DNA of 64,000 nt, taken from NCBI GenBank assembly GCA_041389145.1, contig JAWKSK010000001.1, positions 91,668 through 155,667 of the forward strand, given 5' to 3'. Positions 27,340 through 37,036 of this stretch are shown piece by piece. The notes under the pieces were generated by a model. The model did not search any database and was not told the DNA's origin. It saw only the letters and a list, made by a program, of their open reading frames with translations. Made by a program: the position numbers and the translations under genes. Source of the stretch: Patescibacteria group bacterium (lineage in GTDB: Bacteria > Patescibacteriota > Kazan-3B-28). Position 1 is the stretch's first letter. Each line of letters starts with the position of its first letter.

Positions 27340-28602
27340 AACGTTTCATGATTAGCTGGGCTCTAATCTGACGCATCAGTTCAAGGGCTACGGAAACCAC
27401 AATCAGGGAGTCCCGGTACCACCAAGGATTAAGGTGGTGATACCAGTGATACCCTGAACGATACTTGGCAATACAGCAATGACTGCTAAGAAGATAGCAC
27501 CGGCAAGAGTAATGCGGTTAGAAACGAAGTTTAAGAAATCAATGGTCTGCTTACCTGGGCGAATACCGGGAATAAACCCACCAGATTTTTGAATGTTTTC
27601 GGCAACTTGTTCTGGCTTGAAGATGACCCAAGTGTAGAAGAAGGTAAAGAGAAGTACCAAGATAAAGTAGGTCACGGAGTAGAAGACTGGATCTGCAAAT
27701 AACTGTTGGACATATTGAGCAGAGTTTACCAACCACTGGCTTCTAGCTGAGGCAAAGAAGGAAGCAATTAACCCTGGGAAGACCAACATGGAAACTGCAA
27801 AGATAATAGGGATGACACCAGCTTGGTTAACGCGCAATGGGAGATGGCTAGATTGGCCACCATACAGACGGTTGCTACCACCTCTACCAGCATATGAGAT
27901 TGGGATGTTGCGTTGACCTTCTGTGATGTAGACCACAAAGAAGATGGTGAGCAAGGCAATGGCAGCAAAGATAGCCATGCTAATAATCTGACCAGTATCG
28001 GCAAGGGCTGCAGTTCCGCTTAAGGAAGATGGAAGGGCGGCTAAGATACCGGCAAAGATGATAAGAGATACCCCGTTACCAATCCCGAATTCGGAGATAA
28101 GTTCACCAATCCAGACAGCAAGCATGCTACCGATAGTAACAGTCATCATGATGGCAATCATCTGGTATGGAGAGGTGCTACCGAGAATATTTACATCAGA
28201 GTTCTGGAGTAAGGTAATCATTCCATATGCCTGAATCAAACCAAGAGGAACGGTCAGGTATCTGGTATATTGGGCAATCTTACGACGACCATACTCCCCT
28301 TCTTTCTGGAGAGCTTCCAGACTAGGAATAGCCAAGGTCATCAGGTTCATAATAATGGAGGCGTTAATGTAAGGTCCGACTCCCATCATGGCGATGGAGA
28401 AGCGGTTTAAGGAACCTCCAGAGAATAAGTCATAGAGACCTAAGAACTGGTTACCAGCAAAAACCTGCTGAAGAGCAGATATGTCAACGCCGGGAATTGG
28501 GGTATGAGATAAGAGGCGGACTAAGAAAAGCAAGAATAAAGTCCAGCCAATCCGGACACGAAGGTCACGGTGCTTAAAGATTTGGTTAATTGAATCAAAC
28601 AT
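27326..28602 (-). CDS. secY: Preprotein translocase subunit SecY, with a 1-nt frameshift near 27406-27416
   Basis: ORF 27403..28602 (399 aa) is SecY up to ...ILGGTGTP*. The conserved C-terminus SLIVVSVALELMRQIRAQLIMKRYDAV* is read from the same DNA in the +2 frame and ends at 27326, overlapping the adk start. Confidence 0.9.
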
Positions 28603-28603
28603 T

Positions 28604-29041
28604 TTAAATCAGTTCGACAGTCCCACCTGCAGCTTCGATCTTGGACTTAGCAGAAGCGGAGATAAAGTGAGCCTGAACAGTTAAAGCAGTATCAACATCA
28701 CCAGTACCTAGGATTTTAACTCTGGTACCAGGCTTGATGCGCTTGGTTTCCATTAAAGTATCGATAGAGAACTTACCTTCTTGAGCATAACTAGAAAGGA
28801 CAGATAAGTTAAGAGCTAAGGTAGTAAATTTGCGATGTGAAGTAAATCCCTTTTTCTTCTTTAAACGCATCATCCAAGGAGTCTGTCCACCTTCGAAGTA
28901 TGCAGGAATAGAACCTCCGGTACGAGCTTTCTGACCCTTGGTACCACGACCAGCAGTTTTACCACCACCGGCTGAAGAACCACGGCCAACCCGTTTGCGA
29001 TCCTTATTCTTGGAAATAGATGTAATTTTGTGTTCTTGCAT
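28604..29041 (-). CDS. rplO: 50S ribosomal protein L15
   Basis: 145 aa. Contains KRVGRGSSAGGGKTAGRGTKGQKARTGG. Confidence 0.95.
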   Translation of the reverse strand: MQEHKITSISKNKDRKRVGRGSSAGGGKTAGRGTKGQKARTGGSIPAYFEGGQTPWMMRLKKKKGFTSHRKFTTLALNLSVLSSYAQEGKFSIDTLMETKRIKPGTRVKILGTGDVDTALTVQAHFISASAKSKIEAAGGTVELI

Positions 29042-29042
29042 A

Positions 29043-29621
29043 TTAAGCCTCCTGGGTTTCTTCGACTTCCTTGTCTTTCTTTGTAGTCTTTACGATTCCA
29101 CGACGAGCCAATAGGTCACGTGGAGCGGTTACTGCACGCAAGGCCTCGATGGTTGCGACAACGTTACTGGCTTTGTTAGAAGAACCAAGCATCTTAGCAA
29201 CTGCATCCTGAAGACCGGCGAGTTCCAATACAATACGAACTGCACCACCTGCGATCAAACCGGTACCAGGGTTAGCTGGCTTTACCAAGACGTGAGCGGA
29301 TTTATGATGACCAGTTACACGGTATGGAAGAGTTCCTTTACGCAAAGTAACCTTAACGATGTCTTTTTTAGCAGTAGCGACTGCTTTTTGGACAGCGGTA
29401 GCAACATCGTTAGCTTTACCAAGTCCAAAGGCTACCCGGTTTTTACGGTCACCAATAACCACTAAAGCTCTAAAGCGCATACGCTTACCACCTTTTACCA
29501 CACGGGTAACACGGCTCACCTCAAGTACCTTCTCTTCAAATTCAGATGGAACGCGAGGAGTAGCATCACGGCGACGTGGAGCTTTTCTGTTGTCAGACTT
29601 GTTAGTAGTTGGATTTTGCAT
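29043..29621 (-). CDS. rpsE: 30S ribosomal protein S5
   Basis: 192 aa. Contains VSRVTRVVKGGKRMRFRALVVIGD...GTGLIAGGAVRIVLELAGL. Confidence 0.95.
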   Translation of the reverse strand: MQNPTTNKSDNRKAPRRRDATPRVPSEFEEKVLEVSRVTRVVKGGKRMRFRALVVIGDRKNRVAFGLGKANDVATAVQKAVATAKKDIVKVTLRKGTLPYRVTGHHKSAHVLVKPANPGTGLIAGGAVRIVLELAGLQDAVAKMLGSSNKASNVVATIEALRAVTAPRDLLARRGIVKTTKKDKEVEETQEA

Positions 29622-29629
29622 AAATTTGA

Positions 29630-29980
29630 TTAAAAGTTGAGACCTCCTTCACGAGCAGCATCGGCAACTGCCTTAACGCGACCGTGATACTTGTAACCAT
29701 GACGGTCAAAGGATACATCAGTTACCTTGTTGGCAGTAGCTTTTTTAGCTAATTCAGCACCGACTTGCTTTGCGGTTTCAACACGTGGCTGCTTACCGGT
29801 AGCTTTAATGTCAGTTGCAAAAGCTAATACCTTACCAGTTACGTCCACGATCTGAGCGTAGATGTATTTGTTGCTTCTGAAAACCTGTAAGACAGGGCGG
29901 GTATCAGTTGCTTTAATGCGAGCCCGAGTACGGGTGGCACGAGCAATGCGACGTCTGTTTGTATTCTTTAATTCACTCAT
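29630..29980 (-). CDS. rplR: 50S ribosomal protein L18
   Basis: 116 aa. Contains RPVLQVFRSNKYIYAQIVD...FDRHGYKYHGRVKAVADAAREGGLNF. Confidence 0.95.
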   Translation of the reverse strand: MSELKNTNRRRIARATRTRARIKATDTRPVLQVFRSNKYIYAQIVDVTGKVLAFATDIKATGKQPRVETAKQVGAELAKKATANKVTDVSFDRHGYKYHGRVKAVADAAREGGLNF

Positions 29981-29989
29981 AGTCTATGA

Positions 29990-30532
29990 TTATGCCTTAG
30001 CGGCTTTACCAGCCTTACGAATAATAACTTCGTCGAGATACTTAATACCTTTACCCTTATATGGTTCTGGCTTTTTCTTGGATCTGATCAAAGCTGCCAT
30101 GTGGCCAACTTTTTGTTTATCAATTCCAGAAAGAACAACCTGGTTCTTTTCAATTTTGTATTCAACACCTGGGGTGATGGCAACCTCTACTGGATGAGAG
30201 AATCCAAGGTGAAGGGTGATTGCTTCAGGTCCTTTAGCTTCGGCTCTGAAACCAACACCATTAATTTCTAAAGTCTTGGAGAAACCTTCAGTCACACCCT
30301 GAATTGCGTTACGCAAGAGAGAACGGGTTAGACCGTGCATAGATTTAGCTTCCTTTTCGTCATCGGCACGAGTGACGATAAGTTCCTTCTCTACTTGGGT
30401 AACAGTTGTAAACTGATCCAAAGTAGGGACGGTGTTTTCGCCTTTAGGACCTTTGACGGTGATGAGACCAGGTTCGATAGAAACGGTCACGCCATCAGGA
30501 ATCTGTACTGGTAGTTTTCCAATCTTACTCAT
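29990..30532 (-). CDS. rplF: 50S ribosomal protein L6
   Basis: 180 aa. Begins MSKIGKLPVQIPDGVTVSI and contains KPEPYKGKGIKY. Confidence 0.95.
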   Translation of the reverse strand: MSKIGKLPVQIPDGVTVSIEPGLITVKGPKGENTVPTLDQFTTVTQVEKELIVTRADDEKEAKSMHGLTRSLLRNAIQGVTEGFSKTLEINGVGFRAEAKGPEAITLHLGFSHPVEVAITPGVEYKIEKNQVVLSGIDKQKVGHMAALIRSKKKPEPYKGKGIKYLDEVIIRKAGKAAKA

Positions 30533-30541
30533 ATCTAATAA

Positions 30542-30943
30542 TTACCAGATTTTAAATAATACTTCGCCACCTACTCCAGCTGTGCGAGCGTCATGATCTG
30601 ACATCAAGCCCTTAGAAGTAGACACTACAGCGGTACCGACACCACCAAGAACTGGTTTTAAGTCCTTAGAAGCTTGGTAGATGCGCTGACCTGGCTTGCT
30701 GACACGGCGAAGTCCACGAATAACTGAGGTACGACCAGAATACTTAAGAGTGACCTCAATCATTGGGAACTTGGTGCCTTCAGGGGTGATAGTGGCAACG
30801 TTTTTAATATAACCCTGGTCCTTCAAGAGGTTGGCAATTGCAAGCCGTTCCTTGGACATAGGGACCAAGACAGTGGCTTTGTTAACCCGGAGCGCATTGC
30901 GCAAACGAGTTATCATATCTGAAATTGGATCGTGTGTAGTCAT
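30542..30943 (-). CDS. rpsH: 30S ribosomal protein S8
   Basis: Begins MTTHDPISDMITRLRNA. The start at 30943 avoids overlap with the rpsN stop at 30949; the longest ORF starts at 30955. Confidence 0.93.
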   Translation of the reverse strand: MTTHDPISDMITRLRNALRVNKATVLVPMSKERLAIANLLKDQGYIKNVATITPEGTKFPMIEVTLKYSGRTSVIRGLRRVSKPGQRIYQASKDLKPVLGGVGTAVVSTSKGLMSDHDARTAGVGGEVLFKIW

Positions 30944-30948
30944 AATAA

Positions 30949-31134
30949 TTACCAACTTGATTTACGAATACCAGGAAGCAAACCTTTACGGGCAAGCTCT
31001 CTGAAAACAATACGGCTAACACCAAACTCTCTCATATACCCGTGTGGACGACCGGTAACTGAACAACGGTTTACCTTACGAGTGGAAAACTTGGGTTTGC
31101 GGTTTGCTTTAGCGATTAATGCTTTACGAGCCAT
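30949..31134 (-). CDS. rpsN: 30S ribosomal protein S14, short (type Z length) form lacking the zinc-ligand cysteines
   Basis: 61 aa. Reads [61 protein letters not shown], with only one Cys. Confidence 0.93.
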   Translation of the reverse strand: MARKALIAKANRKPKFSTRKVNRCSVTGRPHGYMREFGVSRIVFRELARKGLLPGIRKSSW

Positions 31135-31153
31135 ATAGTTTGCTTATTTCTTA

Positions 31154-31693
31154 CTATTTATCCTTTTTAAACGGAAAACCTAATGATTGCAAGAGAAGTT
31201 TGGTTGCTTCTTTAGATTTCGCGGTAGTTACCACAGTAATCTGGAAGCTAAAGTTCTTCTCAGTTGCTTCAAAAGTGACCTCAGGGAACACGGTATGTTC
31301 CTTGATACCAATATTATAGTTACCTTGGGTGTCGAAACCGGTAAGGTCTAAACCTTGGAAGTCACGAACACGAGGAAGAGTAATGTTAATCAATCTCTCT
31401 AAGAAGTCATACATCTTAGCTCCTCTTAAGGTAACAGTAACACCAACAGGCATACCTTCTCTAAGCTTAAAGCCAGCGATTGACTTTTTAGCCTTGGTGA
31501 TAATTGGCTTTTGACCAGTGATATTAGCAAATTCGGCAGCTACCTGATCGATGAGCTTAGAATCTGCTTGGGCACGGCTACCAACTCCAGCGTTTAAAAC
31601 AACCTTTACCAAGCGAGGCACAGCTAAACTAGAGTGAAGGTTTAGTTCACTTTTTAAAGTTGGCACTAATTCTTGATATTTACTTTTTAACAT
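31154..31693 (-). CDS. rplE: 50S ribosomal protein L5
   Basis: 179 aa. Contains ITGQKPIITKAKKSIAGFKLREGMPVGVTVTLRG. Confidence 0.95.
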   Translation of the reverse strand: MLKSKYQELVPTLKSELNLHSSLAVPRLVKVVLNAGVGSRAQADSKLIDQVAAEFANITGQKPIITKAKKSIAGFKLREGMPVGVTVTLRGAKMYDFLERLINITLPRVRDFQGLDLTGFDTQGNYNIGIKEHTVFPEVTFEATEKNFSFQITVVTTAKSKEATKLLLQSLGFPFKKDK

Positions 31694-32000
31694 CTTCGAT
31701 TGGAGTTTTAGATTTAGTAGCGACTCGAACCTTCTTGTCCCCTACCATCTGGTATGAAACACGAGTAGGTTTGTTGGTGGCAGGGTCAATTAACATGACA
31801 TTAGCTGCTGGGATGGTACCGAGAACCTCGATAATACCAGCTGGAGTACCAGCACCCCGGTTGCGAGCATGGCGCTTCATAATGTTAATACCTTCGACCT
31901 TAATCCGGTTGGTAGCTGGAGATACAGCAGAAACCGTACCGGTCTTACCCTTGTCGCGGCCTTTGATTACGATTACTTTGTCACCTTTTTTGATATTCAT
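31680..32000 (-). CDS. rplX: 50S ribosomal protein L24
   Basis: 106 aa. Begins [23 protein letters not shown]. Confidence 0.95.
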   Translation of the reverse strand: MNIKKGDKVIVIKGRDKGKTGTVSAVSPATNRIKVEGINIMKRHARNRGAGTPAGIIEVLGTIPAANVMLIDPATNKPTRVSYQMVGDKKVRVATKSKTPIEDVKK

Positions 32001-32368
32001 TAGAGTACCTCCGGAGCTAAAGAAACGATTTTCATAAAGTCGCGATCACGCAATTCGCGAGCCACAGGACCGAATACACGGGTACCACGTGGTTGCTTGT
32101 TGTTATCGACGATCACAACTGCGTTTTCGTCAAAACGAATACTACTACCATCTGGACGACGGACAGAGCGACGGGTACGGACAATAACTGCCTTTACCAC
32201 ATCCTTCTTTTTGACGACACCGTTAGGAAGAGCTTCCTTGACGGCACAGACGACAATGTCGCCGAGTCCAGCGTAACGACGCTTGGATCCACCAAGCACC
32301 TTGAAACATTGAACGCGTTTTGCGCCAGTGTTGTCAGCTACTTTTAAGTTTGTACCTTCTTGAATCAT
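32000..32368 (-). CDS. rplN: 50S ribosomal protein L14
   Basis: 122 aa. Begins [37 protein letters not shown]. Confidence 0.97.
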   Translation of the reverse strand: MIQEGTNLKVADNTGAKRVQCFKVLGGSKRRYAGLGDIVVCAVKEALPNGVVKKKDVVKAVIVRTRRSVRRPDGSSIRFDENAVVIVDNNKQPRGTRVFGPVARELRDRDFMKIVSLAPEVL

Positions 32369-32628
32369 ATTGCCTCCTGAACGGCAGTTTTAGTAATTTC
32401 GACCACCTCCCAACGCTTGGTTTTGGAAATTGGGCGAGTTTCACCAATTACGATGGTGTCGCCGACGTTTACTTTATTGTCGACATCGTGGACAGCCACT
32501 CGCTTAGTCTTTCTCACTCTTTTCTTATAAAGAGGGTGAGCAATGTAAGCATCAATCTTAACAATCACAGTCTGATTACCTGCTTTTGAGATGGCTACTC
32601 CAGTGCGTTGTTGTCTATGCTTATCCAT
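32365..32628 (-). CDS. rpsQ: 30S ribosomal protein S17
   Basis: 87 aa. Contains [36 protein letters not shown]. Confidence 0.93.
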   Translation of the reverse strand: MDKHRQQRTGVAISKAGNQTVIVKIDAYIAHPLYKKRVRKTKRVAVHDVDNKVNVGDTIVIGETRPISKTKRWEVVEITKTAVQEAI

Positions 32629-32845
32629 TGGTTACCTCCGAAATGATGGAAAGTTCGCGCTTGATTGTAGACAATCTGGCGATTTCCTTTCTTAAATTCT
32701 TTAGGTTAGAAGTTGTTTTAGCCTTACCCATTGCGACTTCGCTGGCCAAGGTTTGATACTTGGTCTTAGCTTCGCGCAATTTTGCATCTACTTGAGTAAC
32801 ACTCAGTTTGCGACTTTCGGCAAGTTGTTCTTTAAATTTCTTCAT
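32621..32845 (-). CDS. rpmC: 50S ribosomal protein L29
   Basis: 74 aa helical protein, placed between rplP and rpsQ. Confidence 0.85.
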   Translation of the reverse strand: MKKFKEQLAESRKLSVTQVDAKLREAKTKYQTLASEVAMGKAKTTSNLKNLRKEIARLSTIKRELSIISEVTNG

Positions 32846-32853
32846 ATAATAAC

Positions 32854-33264
32854 CTAAATATTTTTGACTACTACTTTGGTCTTAACTGGTAATTTGTGTC
32901 CAGCACGAATGAGTGCCTCTTTGGCGAGTTGGAAATCTACACCATCGAGTTCAAACATCACGGTACCAGGACGAACAGTTGCCACATAGTGACTGACTGC
33001 ACCTTTACCACCACCCATACGAGTTTCGTTAGGGGTTGCGGTAGCGGCTTGGTGTGGGAAGATGCGAATCCAGACCTTACCTTCACGCTTGATGTGGTGA
33101 GTGATTGCACGACGTGCAGACTCAATCTGGCGAGAAGTGATCCAGCTAGCATCCATAGACTTTAAGCCATACTTACCAAAGCTAACCTGGTTTCCACGAG
33201 TGGCAAGGCCACGCATCTTACCGCGGTGTTGCTTTCTGAATTTTACTTTCTTTGGTATTAACAT
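32854..33264 (-). CDS. rplP: 50S ribosomal protein L16
   Basis: 136 aa. Begins [19 protein letters not shown] and contains [19 protein letters not shown]. Confidence 0.97.
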   Translation of the reverse strand: MLIPKKVKFRKQHRGKMRGLATRGNQVSFGKYGLKSMDASWITSRQIESARRAITHHIKREGKVWIRIFPHQAATATPNETRMGGGKGAVSHYVATVRPGTVMFELDGVDFQLAKEALIRAGHKLPVKTKVVVKNI

Positions 33265-33273
33265 GACTTAAAG

Positions 33274-33915
33274 TTAGTTATCTGACTGTTCTGAATTATT
33301 GGTTTCTGGCAATGTCCAAACCTTTACACCGATAGTGCCATAGGTGGTGTGAGCGGTGCTCTCTGCGTAATCGATGGCATATTTAATGGTGTGAAGAGGA
33401 ACTTTACCAAAACTAAAGGTTTCACGACGAGCAATTTCAGCACCGTTTAAGCGACCAGCTAAGGAAATACGGATACCTTGGACCCGAGCCTGCTTTGCAG
33501 ATTCCATGGTCTGTCTAATTGCACGACGGAAAGGAATACGACGTTCGATCTGTTCGACAATGCTGTTAGCAATGACGGCAGCGTTAGCGTCAGGGTTCTT
33601 GATTTCAACAATGTTAACGGTTGGGTTATCAGTCTTGATAGCTTTTTTGAGCTTCTTCTTGAATTCTTCAACCCCACTACCACCACGTCCGATAACCATA
33701 CCAGGACGAGAGGTGTGTAAGTTAATTACGAGGTTGTTACCAAATCTTTCGATTTCGGTTTCAGCTACACCACGCTTAAACTGAACAGCTACTAGCTTTC
33801 TAATCTCAAGATCTTCAAGCAAGTTCTTGCTGTAGTTTTTACGATCGAACCAACGAGACTTCCATTGAGTCGTGGTACCGAGTCTAAACAGATGTGGGTG
33901 TACTTTTTGTCCCAT
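33274..33915 (-). CDS. rpsC: 30S ribosomal protein S3
   Basis: 213 aa. Begins MGQKVHPHLFRLG and contains the KH domain RPGMVIGRGGSGVEEFKK. Confidence 0.97.
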   Translation of the reverse strand: MGQKVHPHLFRLGTTTQWKSRWFDRKNYSKNLLEDLEIRKLVAVQFKRGVAETEIERFGNNLVINLHTSRPGMVIGRGGSGVEEFKKKLKKAIKTDNPTVNIVEIKNPDANAAVIANSIVEQIERRIPFRRAIRQTMESAKQARVQGIRISLAGRLNGAEIARRETFSFGKVPLHTIKYAIDYAESTAHTTYGTIGVKVWTLPETNNSEQSDN

Positions 33916-33917
33916 AA

Positions 33918-34418
33918 TTATTTATTAGTGGTTCTTGTGGTTGTAACTTTGCGACTAGAAGTTTGCTTAGCCACCTTCTGATCCTTGATATCGCCCATTG
34001 GCTTGGTAGAAGTGGTCTTAGCATCCTTAGTTTCACCCTTAGGAGCAGCAGGAGCTGCAGCAACAGGCTTTTTGACCAAAGATGGGTTAATCTCTTCTAA
34101 GACAACGGTGAAGTGGCTAGTACGCTTTATCAAGCGATCTGCACTACCACGGGAACGATACCAGTAGCGTTTGAAGCTAGGACCGGAATCAACGGTTAAA
34201 GTTTTAATTCTTAAGTTATCTTCCTTAAGGTTGTAGTTGTTCTTACCGTTACTCATGGCAGAGAACAACAGCTTGTAAACAATGCTGGAAGTCTTAGTGA
34301 CATCAAAACGAAGAGCGTTTAGGGCTTCAGGGATGGACTTGCCACGCAAAGCCTTGACTACTGGTCTAGCTTTCTTTGGACTAATCCGGACAGATTTTGC
34401 TACTGCTCTTACTTCCAT
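33918..34418 (-). CDS. rplV: 50S ribosomal protein L22 (with a Pro/Ala/Lys/Thr-rich C-terminal extension)
   Basis: 166 aa. Begins MEVRAVAKSVRISPKKARPVVKALRGKSIPEAL. Confidence 0.93.
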   Translation of the reverse strand: MEVRAVAKSVRISPKKARPVVKALRGKSIPEALNALRFDVTKTSSIVYKLLFSAMSNGKNNYNLKEDNLRIKTLTVDSGPSFKRYWYRSRGSADRLIKRTSHFTVVLEEINPSLVKKPVAAAPAAPKGETKDAKTTSTKPMGDIKDQKVAKQTSSRKVTTTRTTNK

Positions 34419-34423
34419 ATTAT

Positions 34424-34711
34424 TTATTTACCTTTTGCTAAGTCTTTGGCCATCTTACCGCCATGGCTTCTGAATTTACGAGTAAAGGAGAATTCTCCCA
34501 ACTTGTGACCAACCATGGTGTCAGTGACGTAGACTGCGATATGTTCACGACCATTGTGGACACCAAAGGTCATACCGACCATTTCTGGAGTGATACTGCA
34601 TGAACGAGACCAAGTCTTGATGGTAGCTTTGCTACCAGATTCCTTGGCTGCCAACACCTTCTTCATGAGGCGTTCGTCAATGTATGGACCTTTTTTACTT
34701 GAACGTGACAT
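34424..34711 (-). CDS. rpsS: 30S ribosomal protein S19
   Basis: 95 aa. Begins [19 protein letters not shown] and contains [25 protein letters not shown]. Confidence 0.97.
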   Translation of the reverse strand: MSRSSKKGPYIDERLMKKVLAAKESGSKATIKTWSRSCSITPEMVGMTFGVHNGREHIAVYVTDTMVGHKLGEFSFTRKFRSHGGKMAKDLAKGK

Positions 34712-34720
34712 ATCTATTTA

Positions 34721-35563
34721 TTATTTACGCTTTTTAGTGCGTGGCTTAACGATGAATTTATTACTTGGCTTTTTCTTGTTTCTGGTCTTGTAACCCAAGG
34801 CTGGTTTACCGGTCTTGGTCTTTGGATACTTAAGACCAATAGAGGTACTACCTTCACCACCACCATGAGGGTGATCGACTGGGTTTTTAACTTTACCACG
34901 GGTAGTTGGACGACGACCGAGATAACGTTTGCGTCCAGCTTTTCCGATACGGATGTTCATGTGGTCTGAGTTGGATAGGGTACCAATACTGGCAAATCCA
35001 TTTTCTGAGACCTTACGAACTTCTCCGGATGGAAGCTTGATTAAAGCAAATCCAGCGTCGAAAGCAAGAATTTGTGCGCTGCTACCAGCAGTTCTTGCCA
35101 TCTTACCACCACGGCCTGGCATTAACTCAATATTATGAACAGTAATACCTGCAGGAATATTTTTCAACATTAAGCGGTTACCTGGCTTGATCTTAGTCTG
35201 TTCTGCGGAAACCACCTTATCCCCTACCTTGAGGCCTTCTGGAGCCAAGATGTAGGATTGATGACCATCTGCGTAGATGATATGAGCAATGAAGGCAGTA
35301 CGGTTTGGATCGTACTGAATACTGTCTACCCGAGCTGGGATACCAAACTTGGTCTGATGCATATCTACCATACGCAAGGCGCGCTTGGCACCACCACCAC
35401 GACCGGTCATGGTCTTAATACCACGGTTGTTACGAGCGTCTAGGCGCTTGCGACCCTTGGTTAAAGACTTAACTCTAGTGGTTGAGGTGATGACATCGCG
35501 GAATTTGATGACCTGAAGGCCACGAGTTCCGTGTGTAATTGGTCTGCGTGTGATAATACCCAT
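34721..35563 (-). CDS. rplB: 50S ribosomal protein L2
   Basis: 280 aa. Contains NPVDHPHGGGEG and GRRPTTRGKVKN. Confidence 0.97.
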   Translation of the reverse strand: MGIITRRPITHGTRGLQVIKFRDVITSTTRVKSLTKGRKRLDARNNRGIKTMTGRGGGAKRALRMVDMHQTKFGIPARVDSIQYDPNRTAFIAHIIYADGHQSYILAPEGLKVGDKVVSAEQTKIKPGNRLMLKNIPAGITVHNIELMPGRGGKMARTAGSSAQILAFDAGFALIKLPSGEVRKVSENGFASIGTLSNSDHMNIRIGKAGRKRYLGRRPTTRGKVKNPVDHPHGGGEGSTSIGLKYPKTKTGKPALGYKTRNKKKPSNKFIVKPRTKKRK

Positions 35564-35844
35564 TATTTGGCCTCCTCAAAGAGATTAATCTTCTGACCAG
35601 CCTTCAAGGTAACGATAGCCTTCTTTTGGGAGGCACGGGTACCTTGGATTCGGCGGTAGGTCTTAACCTTACCTTTTTGGTTAACAATGTTTACATCAGT
35701 AACATCCACCTTGAAAAGGTTCTTGATAGCACCGACTACTTCCTGTTTGGTAGCATCGGAGTTCACCAAGAAGGTGTACTTACTAACAGCACCCTGGAGG
35801 ATACTCTTTTCAGAAATCACTGGTTGTTTGATGATGACTTTCAT
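35563..35844 (-). CDS. rplW: 50S ribosomal protein L23
   Basis: 93 aa. Contains ISEKSILQGAVSKYTFLVNSDATKQEV. Confidence 0.92.
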   Translation of the reverse strand: MKVIIKQPVISEKSILQGAVSKYTFLVNSDATKQEVVGAIKNLFKVDVTDVNIVNQKGKVKTYRRIQGTRASQKKAIVTLKAGQKINLFEEAK

Positions 35845-36455
35845 TATTCGAATTTAGTAAGGGTAGTTTCCCAAGTATTACCAAGGAATACAATGTTCTT
35901 TACTCGGGATACATTAGCTGCTGTGAGCTGTTCCACGGTAAAGGCAGTAGTATTTGGGAGATTAATAAAACCTTTTGCCCAGGACATTTCTGGAACAACA
36001 ACTAAGAGCTTATAGCCAGTTGCGATCTCACCGAGAGCAACAGCTGCCTGCTTAGTTTTGGCAATTGGTTCGGAAATATTTAAAGTGTGAGCATTACCAG
36101 CTTTAACCTTAAGCTTGATAGCGTCGGCAAGTGTTCTAAGCTTAGCGGTCTTGGTAATTTTCTGAGAAAAATTCTTTTCAGTGGTTGGACCAAAGACGAT
36201 ACCACCAGTTCTCCAGATTGGGTTACGGGAAGAACCAACACGGGCACGTCCAGTACCCTTCTGACGCCAAGGCTTCTTACCACCACCACGGACTTCACCA
36301 CGAGTTTTGGTGTTAGCGGTTGGGCGTTGTAGGTTTGCCTGGTATGAAAGGATGGTTTGGCGAAGAAGAGGCAAAGAAATGCGGTGAGATTGAAGTTTCT
36401 CACTCATGTCGGTTGCCTGAAGGGCGACTAAGGTTGTGGTATTAGTTGTAGCCAT
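35844..36455 (-). CDS. rplD: 50S ribosomal protein L4
   Basis: 203 aa. Contains RGEVRGGGKKPWRQKGTGRARVGSSRNPIWRTGG. Confidence 0.95.
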   Translation of the reverse strand: MATTNTTTLVALQATDMSEKLQSHRISLPLLRQTILSYQANLQRPTANTKTRGEVRGGGKKPWRQKGTGRARVGSSRNPIWRTGGIVFGPTTEKNFSQKITKTAKLRTLADAIKLKVKAGNAHTLNISEPIAKTKQAAVALGEIATGYKLLVVVPEMSWAKGFINLPNTTAFTVEQLTAANVSRVKNIVFLGNTWETTLTKFE

Positions 36456-37036
36456 TACTTCTTCTTAACGATTACCAGCTGGTTATTAGCACCTGGGAGA
36501 GCACCGCTGATAGCGATGAGGTTGTTTTCCTTATCGACAGCAACAACCTTAAGGTTTTTCACGGTAACCATGGTAGCACCCATGTGACCTGCCATACGGC
36601 GGCCTTTTTCTACACGAGGCATACCCATAGCTCCGATGGAACCAGGTTGGCGGTGATGATCATGACCGTGAGTTTGTGGACCGCGAGAGAAGTTGTGGCG
36701 CTTAATAGTACCCTGGAACCCCTTACCCTTAGTCTTACCAGTTACCTGGACGGTATCCCCGACTTCAAAGACGTCGACACCGACAGAATCACCAGCCTTG
36801 AGCTCGACATCGCTTGGGAAGCGGAATTCACGAGTTGCAAGGTTGCGAGAAACATGTCCGCGACCACCTTTAGTCTTGGGGAGGGTTAACTGCAAAGCAA
36901 AATAACCATCTTTTTCTTCAGTTTTAACTTGGGTAACCAAGTTAGGTGTGGCCTGAAGAACAGTGATAGCTTTAGCGCGACCATCTTCTAAGATGGCTTG
37001 GCTCATGCTAATTTTCTTTGCAACTAAACCTTTCAT
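36455..37036 (-). CDS. rplC: 50S ribosomal protein L3
   Basis: 193 aa. Contains GKTKGKGFQGTIKRHNFSRGPQTHG. Confidence 0.95.
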   Translation of the reverse strand: MKGLVAKKISMSQAILEDGRAKAITVLQATPNLVTQVKTEEKDGYFALQLTLPKTKGGRGHVSRNLATREFRFPSDVELKAGDSVGVDVFEVGDTVQVTGKTKGKGFQGTIKRHNFSRGPQTHGHDHHRQPGSIGAMGMPRVEKGRRMAGHMGATMVTVKNLKVVAVDKENNLIAISGALPGANNQLVIVKKK

